The position numbers and the translations under genes were made by a program. Source: a virus. From it: a stretch of DNA of 64,000 nucleotides. The stretch covers positions 96,001 through 160,000 of IMG/VR virus record IMGVR_UViG_3300023179_000013; one strand, written 5' to 3'. Below are positions 43,963 through 54,567 of this stretch, in pieces (the stretch's first letter is position 1; each line of letters starts with the position of its first letter). The notes beneath the pieces are model-generated. The model saw nothing but the letters and a program-made list of their open reading frames with translations, had not been told where the DNA came from and made no database searches.

Positions 43963-45496
43963 AGTATTAATAACAACAAGTGGTCTAGGTAGCAGATTAG
44001 GTAATCTTACTGATTATACTAATAAAGCATTAATACGAGTAGCAGATAAACCTGCTATTTCGTATATTATAGAGTCATACCCAACCGATGCTGAGTTTAT
44101 AATAACATTAGGTCATTTTGGATCTCATGTAAAGCAATTCCTTCAGTTAGCTTACCCTGATCATAAATTTACTTTTATAGAGGTAGATAAATATAAAGGT
44201 GAAGGTAGTAGTTTAGGATATTCAATATTACAATGTAAACATGCTATCAATAGTCCTTTTATATTCCATGCCTCAGATACTATTGTAAAAGATTTAACAA
44301 TCCCTTCTCCTGATCATAATTGGGTAATGGGTTCATATAAAGAAGATTCATCTCAATATAGAACAGTAAATATACGTGATGGAAAGTTAATTAAAATTAA
44401 TGAAAAGGGAGAAATAGGGTTTGATTATTCATACATTGGAGTTGCTCTTATAAAAGACTTTGAACTATTCTTCTATAATTTAGAAAAATTAGTTTACAAC
44501 GAACACAAAGACACTTCTGATGTTCATGTTATAAATAATATGTTATCTGATGTTGATTTTCACTACAAACATATTAACTTTGGAGATTGGTTTGATATTG
44601 GTAATACATCAGAATTAATTAAAACTAGAAAAAAATTTAGTTCAAGTATTGAAGTACTAGATAAAAAAGATGAATCTATATTTTTCTTTGATGATTTTGT
44701 AATTAAGTTCTTTGCTGATTCTATTATTAATCAAAATAGAGTAACTAGAGCTAATAATTTAAAAGGATTAGTACCTGAAATTATAGGTTCAACTGAAAAC
44801 TTCTATAAATACAAAAAAGCAGAAGGTAAGTTATTTGCCAAATCTGCTAATAGAAGTAAATTCTTAACATTTTTAGAATGGACAAATAAAAATCTTTGGA
44901 TTAGTAAATCAGACCCTAATTTTAAATCTAAATGTTATGATTTTTATATTATCAAAACTAAGAAACGTATTAATCAATACCTAGAAAATAAACCGGATAA
45001 AGAGGAGTACATCAATGGAGAATTAATCCCATCAGTATATGATATGTTAGATCAATTAGATATTGAATGGTTAATTGAAGGTATTCCATCTCAATTCCAT
45101 GGTGATTTTATTTTAGATAATATTATTGAAACTAAAGATGGTTTTTGTTTAATTGATTGGAGACAAGACTTTGCCGGTGATTTAGAGGTTGGAGACTTAT
45201 ATTATGATTTGGCTAAATTAAACCACAATTTAAATATAAACCATGATATAGTTAATAGAGATTTGTTTGATTCTTCTAAAGATAATTGTTATATTTTAAT
45301 AAATAGTAAATTAAATGAATGTAAAGGTGTGCTGCATTCTTTCATTACAGAAAACGGATATGATCTGAAAAAAGTAAAAGTATTAACCTCTATTATATGG
45401 TTAAATATGGCTCCTCTTCACGAACATCCTTTTAATAATTTTTTATTTAATTTTGGAAAATATAATTTATATAAAAGTTTAAAAATATGGAACTAA
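43949..45496 (+). CDS. Nucleotidyltransferase fused to an APH/choline-kinase-like domain
   Basis: SGLGSRL...NKAL; C-terminal HGDF..DN, IDWRQ, YYDLAKL. Confidence 0.8.
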   Translation: MAEYKVLITTSGLGSRLGNLTDYTNKALIRVADKPAISYIIESYPTDAEFIITLGHFGSHVKQFLQLAYPDHKFTFIEVDKYKGEGSSLGYSILQCKHAINSPFIFHASDTIVKDLTIPSPDHNWVMGSYKEDSSQYRTVNIRDGKLIKINEKGEIGFDYSYIGVALIKDFELFFYNLEKLVYNEHKDTSDVHVINNMLSDVDFHYKHINFGDWFDIGNTSELIKTRKKFSSSIEVLDKKDESIFFFDDFVIKFFADSIINQNRVTRANNLKGLVPEIIGSTENFYKYKKAEGKLFAKSANRSKFLTFLEWTNKNLWISKSDPNFKSKCYDFYIIKTKKRINQYLENKPDKEEYINGELIPSVYDMLDQLDIEWLIEGIPSQFHGDFILDNIIETKDGFCLIDWRQDFAGDLEVGDLYYDLAKLNHNLNINHDIVNRDLFDSSKDNCYILINSKLNECKGVLHSFITENGYDLKKVKVLTSIIWLNMAPLHEHPFNNFLFNFGKYNLYKSLKIWN

Positions 45497-46458
45497 AATA
45501 TTTTATAGGACCTATGTCTAAAAACATAGTAGACGCTATACTTGAATTTTGTAAAGAAACAAAAAACGAGATTGCTTTAATTCCTTCTCGTCGTCAAATA
45601 GAATGGGATGGAGGATATGTAAATAACTGGACTACTAAAGAATTTAGCTTACATGCTCTACCTCTTACACTACAGCGTGACCATGCAGGACCAGGACAAG
45701 GAGCTACAGATGATGATGGGTACGAGTCATTAAAACACGATTGTGAATATTTAGATTTGATTCATATCGACCCCTGGAAAAAATACCCTGTATTTGCTGA
45801 TGGATTAGAAGAAACAATCAAAATGATTGAGTATTGTTATAAATTAAACCCAGAAATCCAATATGAGGTAGGAACAGAAGAAGCAATTAGACGATTTGAA
45901 TCGTATGAATTGGCCGACTTAATGCATCAACTCCAACACAGACTACCTTCAGAAGCATATAAACAAATTAAATATCTGGTAATTCAATCAGGAACATCTT
46001 TAAAAGGAACCAACCAAACTGGCACTTATGATTCAGAGCGATTGAAAGAAATGGTAGGGGTTTGTAAACAATTTAATGTGTTATCTAAAGAACATAATGG
46101 TGATTACATACCAGTATCAGTTATTCATGAAAAGTTCAATTTAGGGTTAGATGCAATTAACATAGCACCTGAATTTGGATTAATTGAAACTCAGACGTAC
46201 CTTGATGAAATAGGATCTGATGAAAAAACATTTGATCGTTTTTGGCAGATATGTTATGATTCTAAAAAATGGGTAAAATGGGTTAATCCTGGATTTGATC
46301 CTTATTATAATAAAAAAGAATTAGTTAAAATATGTGGACATTATGTTTTATCCAATCCTGATTTCTTAAGTGAAATTAAAAATCAATTTCCTGGGATTGA
46401 TGAAACAGTAAAAACTAATGTTAAAAATAAACTAAATGAATTATATAAGCAGGGATAA
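45487..46458 (+). CDS. KbaZ/GatZ-like (tagatose aldolase/4-epimerase) TIM-barrel enzyme
   Basis: RDHAGP, IHIDP, YEVGTEE, VIQSG, EHNGDY, NIAPE. Confidence 0.65.
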   Translation: MELKYFIGPMSKNIVDAILEFCKETKNEIALIPSRRQIEWDGGYVNNWTTKEFSLHALPLTLQRDHAGPGQGATDDDGYESLKHDCEYLDLIHIDPWKKYPVFADGLEETIKMIEYCYKLNPEIQYEVGTEEAIRRFESYELADLMHQLQHRLPSEAYKQIKYLVIQSGTSLKGTNQTGTYDSERLKEMVGVCKQFNVLSKEHNGDYIPVSVIHEKFNLGLDAINIAPEFGLIETQTYLDEIGSDEKTFDRFWQICYDSKKWVKWVNPGFDPYYNKKELVKICGHYVLSNPDFLSEIKNQFPGIDETVKTNVKNKLNELYKQG

Positions 46459-47572
46459 TGATGTTGTTCTAGGTAATAATGATCTAGAAGATCTATATAC
46501 ATTCAAAAATACCCCTGTGTTTATGGGATGTGTTGGCCATGACTCTTCTAAAGATTTATTGGTAGATATGAGTTGGAAGATAAGCAAAAAATCAGGAATG
46601 ATTCAACTTAATCCTCTTCTTCCTTTAGACGTGGTATATAATACTGAACATGGATCTGGGACTGTTGGGAAAATATGGGATGAACACCATAAATCCTTTG
46701 CTCAGTTTATAAGTAAATACAGTATAAAAAATATATTAGAAATAGGAGGATTACACGGCATTTTATCTCAAAAATACTTTGATTTAGAAGGTAAAGCAAA
46801 ATGGACTATTATTGAACCAAATCCTATTGTCCCGGAATCAGTTCCTGTAAAAGTAATTACAGGATTCTTTGATAATAATTTCAAATCAGAAGAAAAATTT
46901 GATGCTATTATTCATTCTCATGTATTAGAGCATATCTATAATCCAAATGAGTTTATGGAGCATCAGTCTTCATTTATGAAGGAAGGAGATTTATTGATAT
47001 TTTCTATTCCTAATATGGAGATGATGTTAAAAAATAAATATACTAACTGTATTAATTTTGAACATACTGTATTTCTTAGTGAACCATATGTTGAGTATTT
47101 CTTAAATAAACATAGTTTTAAATTAATTGATAAACAATATTTTAGAAACGACCATAGCATATTTTATTGTGCTAAAAAAACATCTAATAATTTTAAAATA
47201 GATTTGTCTAAAAATTTATATGAAATAAATAAAAATATATTTCAAGAATATGTTGATTACTACATTAATGAAGTAAAGAAAATAAATGAAATAATAAATA
47301 ACATTAATATTCCTGTTTATTTATTTGGTGCCCATGTTTTTTCTCAGTATTTAATTGTGTTTGGTTTAGATACATCCAACATTATTTGTTTATTAGATAA
47401 TGACATTAAAAAAGAAAATAAAAGATTGTATGGTACATCTTTAGTATCAAAAAGTCCTAAAGTACTAAAAGATATTCCTGAAGCTTTAGTAATATTAAAA
47501 GCAGGGGTATATAACGATGAAATAAAAAATGACATATTAAGTAATATTAATCCCAATATTAAATTCATCTAA
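46436..47572 (+). CDS. SAM-dependent methyltransferase (NDP-sugar C-methyltransferase-like)
   Basis: ILEIGG..G, SHVLEH, IPN, FEH, FGA, LDN..KE.KRLYGT. Confidence 0.75.
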   Translation: MNYISRDNDVVLGNNDLEDLYTFKNTPVFMGCVGHDSSKDLLVDMSWKISKKSGMIQLNPLLPLDVVYNTEHGSGTVGKIWDEHHKSFAQFISKYSIKNILEIGGLHGILSQKYFDLEGKAKWTIIEPNPIVPESVPVKVITGFFDNNFKSEEKFDAIIHSHVLEHIYNPNEFMEHQSSFMKEGDLLIFSIPNMEMMLKNKYTNCINFEHTVFLSEPYVEYFLNKHSFKLIDKQYFRNDHSIFYCAKKTSNNFKIDLSKNLYEINKNIFQEYVDYYINEVKKINEIINNINIPVYLFGAHVFSQYLIVFGLDTSNIICLLDNDIKKENKRLYGTSLVSKSPKVLKDIPEALVILKAGVYNDEIKNDILSNINPNIKFI

Positions 47573-47931
47573 TGGATACCAGACCCAAAACAATCATTTG
47601 TGATATTGATGGTACATTAATTGTTCACCATGCTCCTCATATATCAGCTAATGAATCATATGTTCCTGAGTTATTAGAGGGTACACTTGATAAATTGAAT
47701 GAATGGGAAAGAAAAGGATACAATATTGTACTTTTAACTGGTAGGAAAGAATCAATGAGAAAGGTAACAGAACAGCAACTTTCTAAATTAGGAATATATT
47801 ATGATCAATTAATAATGGGAGTTGGTGGTGGACCTAGATATCTTATAAATGATTGTAAACCAGAAGGAACAGAAGCAGCCTTTGCTATTAATATTATTCG
47901 TAATAAAGGAATAAAGAATATTGAGATATGA
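47572..47931 (+). CDS. HAD-superfamily phosphatase
   Basis: DIDGT, LTGR, YDQLIMG, IND. Confidence 0.8.
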   Translation: MDTRPKTIICDIDGTLIVHHAPHISANESYVPELLEGTLDKLNEWERKGYNIVLLTGRKESMRKVTEQQLSKLGIYYDQLIMGVGGGPRYLINDCKPEGTEAAFAINIIRNKGIKNIEI

Positions 47932-49055
47932 TTTTATTATACAATGTTTATTTAGATGATAAAATAAGAATACCAGGATTCTTTTATAGGGGTAATTATG
48001 GAAATAATACTAACTCAATTGATGTATTTAAATATGCCCTAAGTAGTGTTGTAGATATATACCCGTGGACTAGAGTAATAATCAATGTAGAATTAAACCC
48101 AACACTGTCCCATAGAGAAGAAGAACTCAATAATTATATTAAAGATTTATTTAAAAATTACGACTTAATCTTAACAAACAAAAGATGTGAACGCCAATCA
48201 GAATGGAAACAACTATATGAACAATTAAATGATGAAATAATTTATTTCTGTTGTAATCACGATCATGTTTTTATAGATAAAGATCCTAAAGACTTCATTA
48301 AAGATATAGAAAGTTTTAGAGAATATTTTTCTGATAATGAAGCTTCTTTTTATTTTAGCCACTGGCAAGAAATATTGAATTTATTTATCCAAAACAAGCA
48401 AAATACAGACTCAGAATACATTTCAAATAACTCATATGCTTTATCAGATAGGTTTATAATTCTTTTAGATAATAATATAGATAGTATTCAAATTATTACT
48501 AAAAAACTTTATCATACATGGTGGTTTACAGGTGAATTTGAAGATATGGTATTGCCTAGAACAGATTACGCTAATTTTAATGGGTGTGTTTTTCCTAATC
48601 AACCTATTAAATTTCAAGTAGCCCCATATAAAGAATATTTTAGACATTTTGATGGATATTCTCATTTTGCTGATCCTTCTTATAAACCTATTATTAGTAA
48701 TTTAGTATGTCCTTTATTTATTCCCTCTGGGTTTTTTGAGAATGACATTAAGTTAAAAATAGGATATGATGTAAATGATACTAATTACATTAACATAAAT
48801 TTATCTAAAAATAACTATACTGTTGCAGATGATCAGGGAACTGATATGAAGTGTTTTATAGAAGAGATACCATATTTTTGGAAAAACAAAATATCTCAAG
48901 TAGATTCCAATCCCGAGTATAAAGAATTAGATTTTATATCTCAAAGAAATTCTAACATAATTGATCCTTTAGTATGTGGTTTATTCCATGGAAAAATAAA
49001 AGATCAATTTGTTATTGATAAAATAAAACAAGCTAATAATATAAACAATGAATAA
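47928..49055 (+). CDS. Hypothetical protein (possible glycosyltransferase)
   Basis: NHDHVFID, RHFDGY; cluster context. Confidence 0.45.
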   Translation: MILLYNVYLDDKIRIPGFFYRGNYGNNTNSIDVFKYALSSVVDIYPWTRVIINVELNPTLSHREEELNNYIKDLFKNYDLILTNKRCERQSEWKQLYEQLNDEIIYFCCNHDHVFIDKDPKDFIKDIESFREYFSDNEASFYFSHWQEILNLFIQNKQNTDSEYISNNSYALSDRFIILLDNNIDSIQIITKKLYHTWWFTGEFEDMVLPRTDYANFNGCVFPNQPIKFQVAPYKEYFRHFDGYSHFADPSYKPIISNLVCPLFIPSGFFENDIKLKIGYDVNDTNYININLSKNNYTVADDQGTDMKCFIEEIPYFWKNKISQVDSNPEYKELDFISQRNSNIIDPLVCGLFHGKIKDQFVIDKIKQANNINNE

Positions 49056-50220
49056 TTTTTATTTACCTTTAATGAGTGATAATATCGATAGAGAAGATAT
49101 TAATGCACTTGTTGATTTTTTAAATCAAAACCCAATTCCAAAATTAACTAACGGTCCTAAAGTAGTTGAATTTGAAAATGCTTGGGGACAATGGTTAGGT
49201 ACAAAATATAACTTAATGCTCAATTCAGGAGCATCAGCTAACGAATTAACAATGTTAGCTTTAAATTACATTCATGGTGAAGGGGAAATTATAGTACCCC
49301 CATTAACATGGATTTCAGATGTATCATCTGTATTATTTAGTGGTTTTAAACCTGTATTTGTAGATATCAACTTGAAAAACTTATCCTTTGATATTGACAA
49401 ATTAAAAGCAGCTATTACCCCTAAAACTAAAGCAATATTCCTTACTCACGTATTAGGTATTAATGGTCTAACGGATGAATTGATTCAATTGTGTAAAGAT
49501 AATGATATATTGTTGATTGAAGATGTTTGTGAATCACATGGTACAACATTTAAAGGACAAAAAGCAGGATCAATTGGATTTGCTTCTAACTTTAGTTTCT
49601 ATTTTGCTCACCACATGTCAACTATTGAAGGTGGAATGATTTGTACTAACGATGAATATTTCTATCAAGTATGTAGAGCTTTACGTTCACATGGGATGAT
49701 AAGAGAAATGACTAATGAAAAATTAAAACAGCAAATCATAGATGAGAATCCTGATTTGAATAAAGATTTTATTTTCCTTTGTCCTGCTCATAACTTTAGA
49801 AGTACAGAAATGAATGCTGTTATTGGATTATCTCAACTTAAAAAATTAGATTCTAATAATATCAACAGGATAAATAATTTTAAATATTTCATAGAACGCC
49901 TTGATCCAAACAAATATATCACTGATTTAGAAATAGAAGGACAGTGTAATTATGCTTTTATTATTATATTAAAAGAAGGTTCACTTAAAGTAAGAAATAA
50001 AGTAGAAAAAGTTCTAGCAGAACGAGGCATTGAATTTAGAAGAGGATTGTCTGGAGGTGGTAATCAATTAAGACAACCCTTCTTAAAAGATAGATATGAT
50101 CAAAGAGATTTCAAAAATGTTGATCATGTCCATTATTATAGTTGGTATGTTGGAAATTATCCTACATTAGAACAAGAAAAAATTGATACTCTACTTAATA
50201 TCTTGAATAATGAGATTTAA
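49048..50220 (+). CDS. PLP-dependent DegT family enzyme, ColD/RfbH-type 3-dehydratase
   Basis: NSGASAN, EDVCESHG, SFYFAHHMSTIEGG (His in the usual Schiff-base Lys position). Confidence 0.82.
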   Translation: MNNFYLPLMSDNIDREDINALVDFLNQNPIPKLTNGPKVVEFENAWGQWLGTKYNLMLNSGASANELTMLALNYIHGEGEIIVPPLTWISDVSSVLFSGFKPVFVDINLKNLSFDIDKLKAAITPKTKAIFLTHVLGINGLTDELIQLCKDNDILLIEDVCESHGTTFKGQKAGSIGFASNFSFYFAHHMSTIEGGMICTNDEYFYQVCRALRSHGMIREMTNEKLKQQIIDENPDLNKDFIFLCPAHNFRSTEMNAVIGLSQLKKLDSNNINRINNFKYFIERLDPNKYITDLEIEGQCNYAFIIILKEGSLKVRNKVEKVLAERGIEFRRGLSGGGNQLRQPFLKDRYDQRDFKNVDHVHYYSWYVGNYPTLEQEKIDTLLNILNNEI

Positions 50221-50695
50221 TGAAGTAAAGATATACCAACCAGATTCTTTTGAAGATTATAGAGGTGAATTATATACTCTATATAAACAAGAGGATCATG
50301 AATTAAAATTTAACCACGATAAAGTATCTGTTTCCAAACAACACGTGTTAAGAGGATTGCACGGTGATTCTAAAGCATGGAAATTAATTACCTGTCTATC
50401 AGGTGAAGTATATTTAGTAGTTGTTGATAATAGACCATCTTCTATCAATTATTTAAAATGGGATTCTATTGTATTAACAGCCAAAAACAAAAAACTGGTG
50501 TTGGTACCTCCAATGTTTGCTAATGGACATCTAGTATTAAGTCCAGAAGCAGTATTTTTCTATAAATGGTCATATCCAGGAGACTATCCGGATGTAAAAG
50601 ATCAGTTTAGTTTAAATTGGAAAGATCCAAGAATTAACATACATTGGCCTATAGATAATCCAATATTATCAGAACGAGATAAAAATTCACATTAA
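50210..50695 (+). CDS. Second RmlC-family epimerase
   Basis: DYRG, VLRGLHGD, WPIDNPILSERD. Confidence 0.85.
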   Translation: MRFNEVKIYQPDSFEDYRGELYTLYKQEDHELKFNHDKVSVSKQHVLRGLHGDSKAWKLITCLSGEVYLVVVDNRPSSINYLKWDSIVLTAKNKKLVLVPPMFANGHLVLSPEAVFFYKWSYPGDYPDVKDQFSLNWKDPRINIHWPIDNPILSERDKNSH

Positions 50696-51172
50696 ATGAA
50701 CTGGAAGAACCTTATTAATGAAATTCCTGATTTTCCTGTTTCTGGTGTTTCATTTAAAGATATTTCACCCTTGTTAAAGTCAATATATTTCCCTGCTGCT
50801 ATAAAGGAAATGAAAAATCAAGTTAAACAACCTGATTATTGGGTGGGAATAGATGCTAGGGGATTTATATTTGCCTCGGCATTATCTATGTTGAATGGAG
50901 GATTAATACTGTGCAGAAAAAAAGGCAAATTGCCTCCTCCTGTAATCAGCCAAGAATATATTCTGGAGTATGGAAATGATACTTTAGAAATTCAACCAGG
51001 AAAGGGTACAGTAATAATTGTAGATGACGTTTATGCTACTGGTGGGACAATGAACGCTGTAGAACAACTATGTACTAAAGCAGGTTATACTGTTATTGAT
51101 AAATTAGTTTTAGTTGATTTATTATTTTTACATGAACCAAATAACGTTAAAAGTTTAATTCAATATGAGTAA
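50696..51172 (+). CDS. apt: Adenine phosphoribosyltransferase
   Basis: PDFP..GV.FKDI, DARGF, RKKGKLP, LEYG, VDDVYATGGT. Confidence 0.9.
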   Translation: MNWKNLINEIPDFPVSGVSFKDISPLLKSIYFPAAIKEMKNQVKQPDYWVGIDARGFIFASALSMLNGGLILCRKKGKLPPPVISQEYILEYGNDTLEIQPGKGTVIIVDDVYATGGTMNAVEQLCTKAGYTVIDKLVLVDLLFLHEPNNVKSLIQYE

Positions 51173-51743
51173 AAAAGTATTCATAGTAGCGGTTCCTAAT
51201 GAAGTAGAAATTCAAGGTAAAATACTAGGATATCCCGTTATGTTTAGTGGTATTGGTAAAATTAATGCTGCTATGACAGCCACAATGGCTTTTAGTTTAG
51301 GATACGATGAAGTAATTAATATTGGTTCTTGTGGCTCATTAACAATACCTGTAGGAGAAATAGTTAAGGTAGGTCAAGTATTTCAAGATATAGACGCTAC
51401 CCCCCTATCTGAGTATGGTGAGGTACCTTTTGAAGCTAATAGCAAACAAATTGTTTTAGATGTAAAATCACCTTATACTTGCTTTACTACAGATTATTTC
51501 TATGATCAAGCTCAACAATCAAAATATTCTAAATACTATTTGGATATGATAAATAAATGTAGTATACTTGATATGGAATGCTACGCTCTTGCTAAAGTAT
51601 GTAAACGCTATAATATAAAATTTAGCTCATATAAATGGATTTCAGACAGCGGAGAGAGTGGAAGTTGGGAAGAAAATTGTAAAATAGGATTTGAAAAAGT
51701 AAAAAATATATTAAATGAGCAATTTAAAAAAGAAAGAGTTTAA
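51165..51743 (+). CDS. mtnN: MTA/SAH nucleosidase-like
   Basis: GIGKINAA, INIGSCG, DMECYA, KWISD. Confidence 0.82.
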   Translation: MSKKVFIVAVPNEVEIQGKILGYPVMFSGIGKINAAMTATMAFSLGYDEVINIGSCGSLTIPVGEIVKVGQVFQDIDATPLSEYGEVPFEANSKQIVLDVKSPYTCFTTDYFYDQAQQSKYSKYYLDMINKCSILDMECYALAKVCKRYNIKFSSYKWISDSGESGSWEENCKIGFEKVKNILNEQFKKERV

Positions 51744-52497
51744 ACAATTTAACATATTAGTTATAGGAGACTCATGTGTAGATAGATTTGTGTATGGTAC
51801 TGCTGTTAGATTAGCCCCTGAAGCCCCCGTTCCTGTGTTTAACCCATCAAATGAAACTACTAATGATGGAATGGCAGGTAATGTAGTTGCCAATTTACAA
51901 GCACTAGGATCAGATGTTATTTTTATCTACAACGATGAAAATGTTTTAAAGACACGTTATGTTGATGATAGATCTGGTCAAATATTGTTACGTGTTGATG
52001 AAAACGATAAAGTAAAACGAATTGATGTTAATTTATTAAAACAAATAAATAATAACCAATTTAGTGGTACTAAAATAGATGCTATTGTGGTTAGTGACTA
52101 TGATAAAGGATTTTTAGATGAAGAAGATATAGAATTCATCTGTAAGAATAATTCTAATGTTTTTATTGATACTAAAAAGATATTAGGTGGGTGGTGTAAA
52201 CACGCTTCATTTATAAAAATTAACCACGTTGAGTATCAACGTACTGAATACACAATTCACGAATTAGGGATTGAAAATAAAATGATTGTTACTTTATCAA
52301 GTAAAGGATGCCAACATGATGGTAAAATATATCCTGTTGAAAAAGTACAAATCAGAGATGTGTCAGGTGCAGGTGATACATTCTTATCAGGATTAGTGGT
52401 TGAATATATTTTAACTAAAAATATAGAAAAAGCTATCCTATTTGCTCAGCAATGTGCCACAGTAGTAGTCCAAAAACCAGGAGTATCAACAGTATAA
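51715..52497 (+). CDS. PfkB sugar kinase (HldE/RfaE domain I-like)
   Basis: RLAPEAPVPV, GMAGNV, SDYDKG, DVSGAGDT. Confidence 0.88.
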   Translation: MSNLKKKEFKQFNILVIGDSCVDRFVYGTAVRLAPEAPVPVFNPSNETTNDGMAGNVVANLQALGSDVIFIYNDENVLKTRYVDDRSGQILLRVDENDKVKRIDVNLLKQINNNQFSGTKIDAIVVSDYDKGFLDEEDIEFICKNNSNVFIDTKKILGGWCKHASFIKINHVEYQRTEYTIHELGIENKMIVTLSSKGCQHDGKIYPVEKVQIRDVSGAGDTFLSGLVVEYILTKNIEKAILFAQQCATVVVQKPGVSTV

Positions 52498-52498
52498 T

Positions 52499-53587
52499 AT
52501 GTACGATTATTTAATAGTTGGTTCTGGTTTCTTCGGTTCAATATGTGCTCGTGAATTAACTAATGCTGGTTATAAGTGTTTAGTTTTAGAAAAACGAAAC
52601 CACATTGGGGGAAATTGTTATACTGAAAATAAAGACGGAATTAATATTCACACTTATGGTCCTCATATATTTCATACATCAAATGAGGAAGTATGGAATT
52701 GGATTAATCGATACACTACATTTAATAATTTTAGTTTAAGGCCACTAGCAATTTACAAGGGTGAATCTTATTCTTTACCTTTTAGCATGTGGACATTTAA
52801 TAAACTATGGGGAGTAACCCATCCACATCAAGCTAAACTTATAATTGAACAACAAAGTAAACATATTGGTGAACCTAAAAACCTAGAAGAACAAGCTATT
52901 AAATTAGTAGGTACTGATGTGTATGAAAAACTAATTAAAGGTTATACTGCTAAACAATGGAGAAAACCATGTGACCAGTTACCTAAAGAAATTATTAAGC
53001 GCCTCCCAGTTAGATTTACTTATGATAACAATTATTTCAATGACAAGTATCAAGGCATTCCCGTTGGTGGATACACTCAGATATTTGAAAAATTATTAGA
53101 TGGTATAGAAGTAAAATTAGGAGTAGATTATTTAAAAGATAAAGAATACTGGAATAACCAAGCTACCAAAGTAATATATACTGGCCCTATTGATGCTTAT
53201 TATAATTATCAATTCGGAGAATTAGAATATAAAACAACCAAATTTAAACACACCAAGAAAAATACAGATAATTGGCAAGGTGTTGCTATGGTAAACTATA
53301 CTGATAGTAATATTGAACATACTAGAATTATAGAACATAAGCATTTTGAATTTGGTAATCAACCATACACTTGGATTACACACGAATACCCAACTGAATA
53401 TAAAGCAGGAATAACTGAACCTTACTATCCAGTAAATGATACTGAGAATAATAGTAAGTACCAACAATATAAACAGTTGGCTACTCAAGAGAAAAATATT
53501 ATATTCGGTGGACGACTTGCTGAATACAAGTATTATGATATGCACCAAGTAATTGAATCTGCTTTAAATTGTATTAAATCATTATGA
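52499..53587 (+). CDS. glf: UDP-galactopyranose mutase
   Basis: GSGFFG, HIGGNCY, YGPHIFH, YFND.YQGIP, EPYYP, GRLAEYKYYDM. Confidence 0.95.
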   Translation: MYDYLIVGSGFFGSICARELTNAGYKCLVLEKRNHIGGNCYTENKDGINIHTYGPHIFHTSNEEVWNWINRYTTFNNFSLRPLAIYKGESYSLPFSMWTFNKLWGVTHPHQAKLIIEQQSKHIGEPKNLEEQAIKLVGTDVYEKLIKGYTAKQWRKPCDQLPKEIIKRLPVRFTYDNNYFNDKYQGIPVGGYTQIFEKLLDGIEVKLGVDYLKDKEYWNNQATKVIYTGPIDAYYNYQFGELEYKTTKFKHTKKNTDNWQGVAMVNYTDSNIEHTRIIEHKHFEFGNQPYTWITHEYPTEYKAGITEPYYPVNDTENNSKYQQYKQLATQEKNIIFGGRLAEYKYYDMHQVIESALNCIKSL

Positions 53588-54567
53588 ATATATTATACAT
53601 AACAGATGTAAATCATATAGGTAAATTTCCTCCTGATTTTTCCTTTGGATATAGACCTTTTATGAGTTGGGTTCCTGCTCTTGATGCTACCCACTGCTCT
53701 TATTACCGTTTGAATGAATTAGACGTTAATTCTCAATTTGACGTAGCCATAATAGGTTCATTAAACAGTACACTACTTAATCCAAATAAAATAGATTTAA
53801 AAACATTAATTTTAGATAAAGTTAAAAAAATATCTAAAAAAATAATTTTCCATCAAGAATCTTACCATAGGAGCTTTACTCATGACGTTGGTGTATTTAA
53901 GAAAACAAATCAAGAAATTAATAATTATTATTTTGATTTTCTTACCCAATGTGATGCTTTCTTAGTTCATAATGAAATTGATGCAAAATATTTTGGGGAA
54001 CTATATAACAAACCAGCTTTTGTTCATCCTCAATTAATTATACCAATAGAAGAAATTCCTAATTCTGGTTTTGATAAGCCTAATAATTTCTGTTTATCTT
54101 CTTTTGGAGGATTACAAGATAAAGGAGGATCACTAGATGGTTATCTATTAGTTAAAGATTTTAACTATCCTATCTATTGCTTTGGTGGAGGTGAGTTTAA
54201 TTTACCTTTATTAGAATCTGTCCCTTATGACCCTGACTATGGAGGATTTAATCAGAAATTAAGTGCACAAATGAAGATAGGAATAAATGTACCCCATTTA
54301 CCTATTGGGGGTTCATTCCCTCTCCAGTGTGCTATGAATAAGGTTCCCTGTGTTGGGTGGAGTAATGGTGACCCTCAACAAGACTGCTTTCCAGATTTGA
54401 CAGCAGATTATCCTAATTTTAATAAATTAAAGACAATTATAAAGAAACTTTTAAATGAAAGAGATTTTTATGTAGAACAAGTAGAAAAGGGATATGAAAA
54501 TTTTACAAATAAATATTCTTTTGAACATTACATTAATCAGATAAATAATATATTTAATTCAATATGA
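53584..54567 (+). CDS. Divergent GT-B-like protein
   Basis: KGG, GSFPLQCA...VPCVG; cluster context. Confidence 0.5.
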   Translation: MNILYITDVNHIGKFPPDFSFGYRPFMSWVPALDATHCSYYRLNELDVNSQFDVAIIGSLNSTLLNPNKIDLKTLILDKVKKISKKIIFHQESYHRSFTHDVGVFKKTNQEINNYYFDFLTQCDAFLVHNEIDAKYFGELYNKPAFVHPQLIIPIEEIPNSGFDKPNNFCLSSFGGLQDKGGSLDGYLLVKDFNYPIYCFGGGEFNLPLLESVPYDPDYGGFNQKLSAQMKIGINVPHLPIGGSFPLQCAMNKVPCVGWSNGDPQQDCFPDLTADYPNFNKLKTIIKKLLNERDFYVEQVEKGYENFTNKYSFEHYINQINNIFNSI

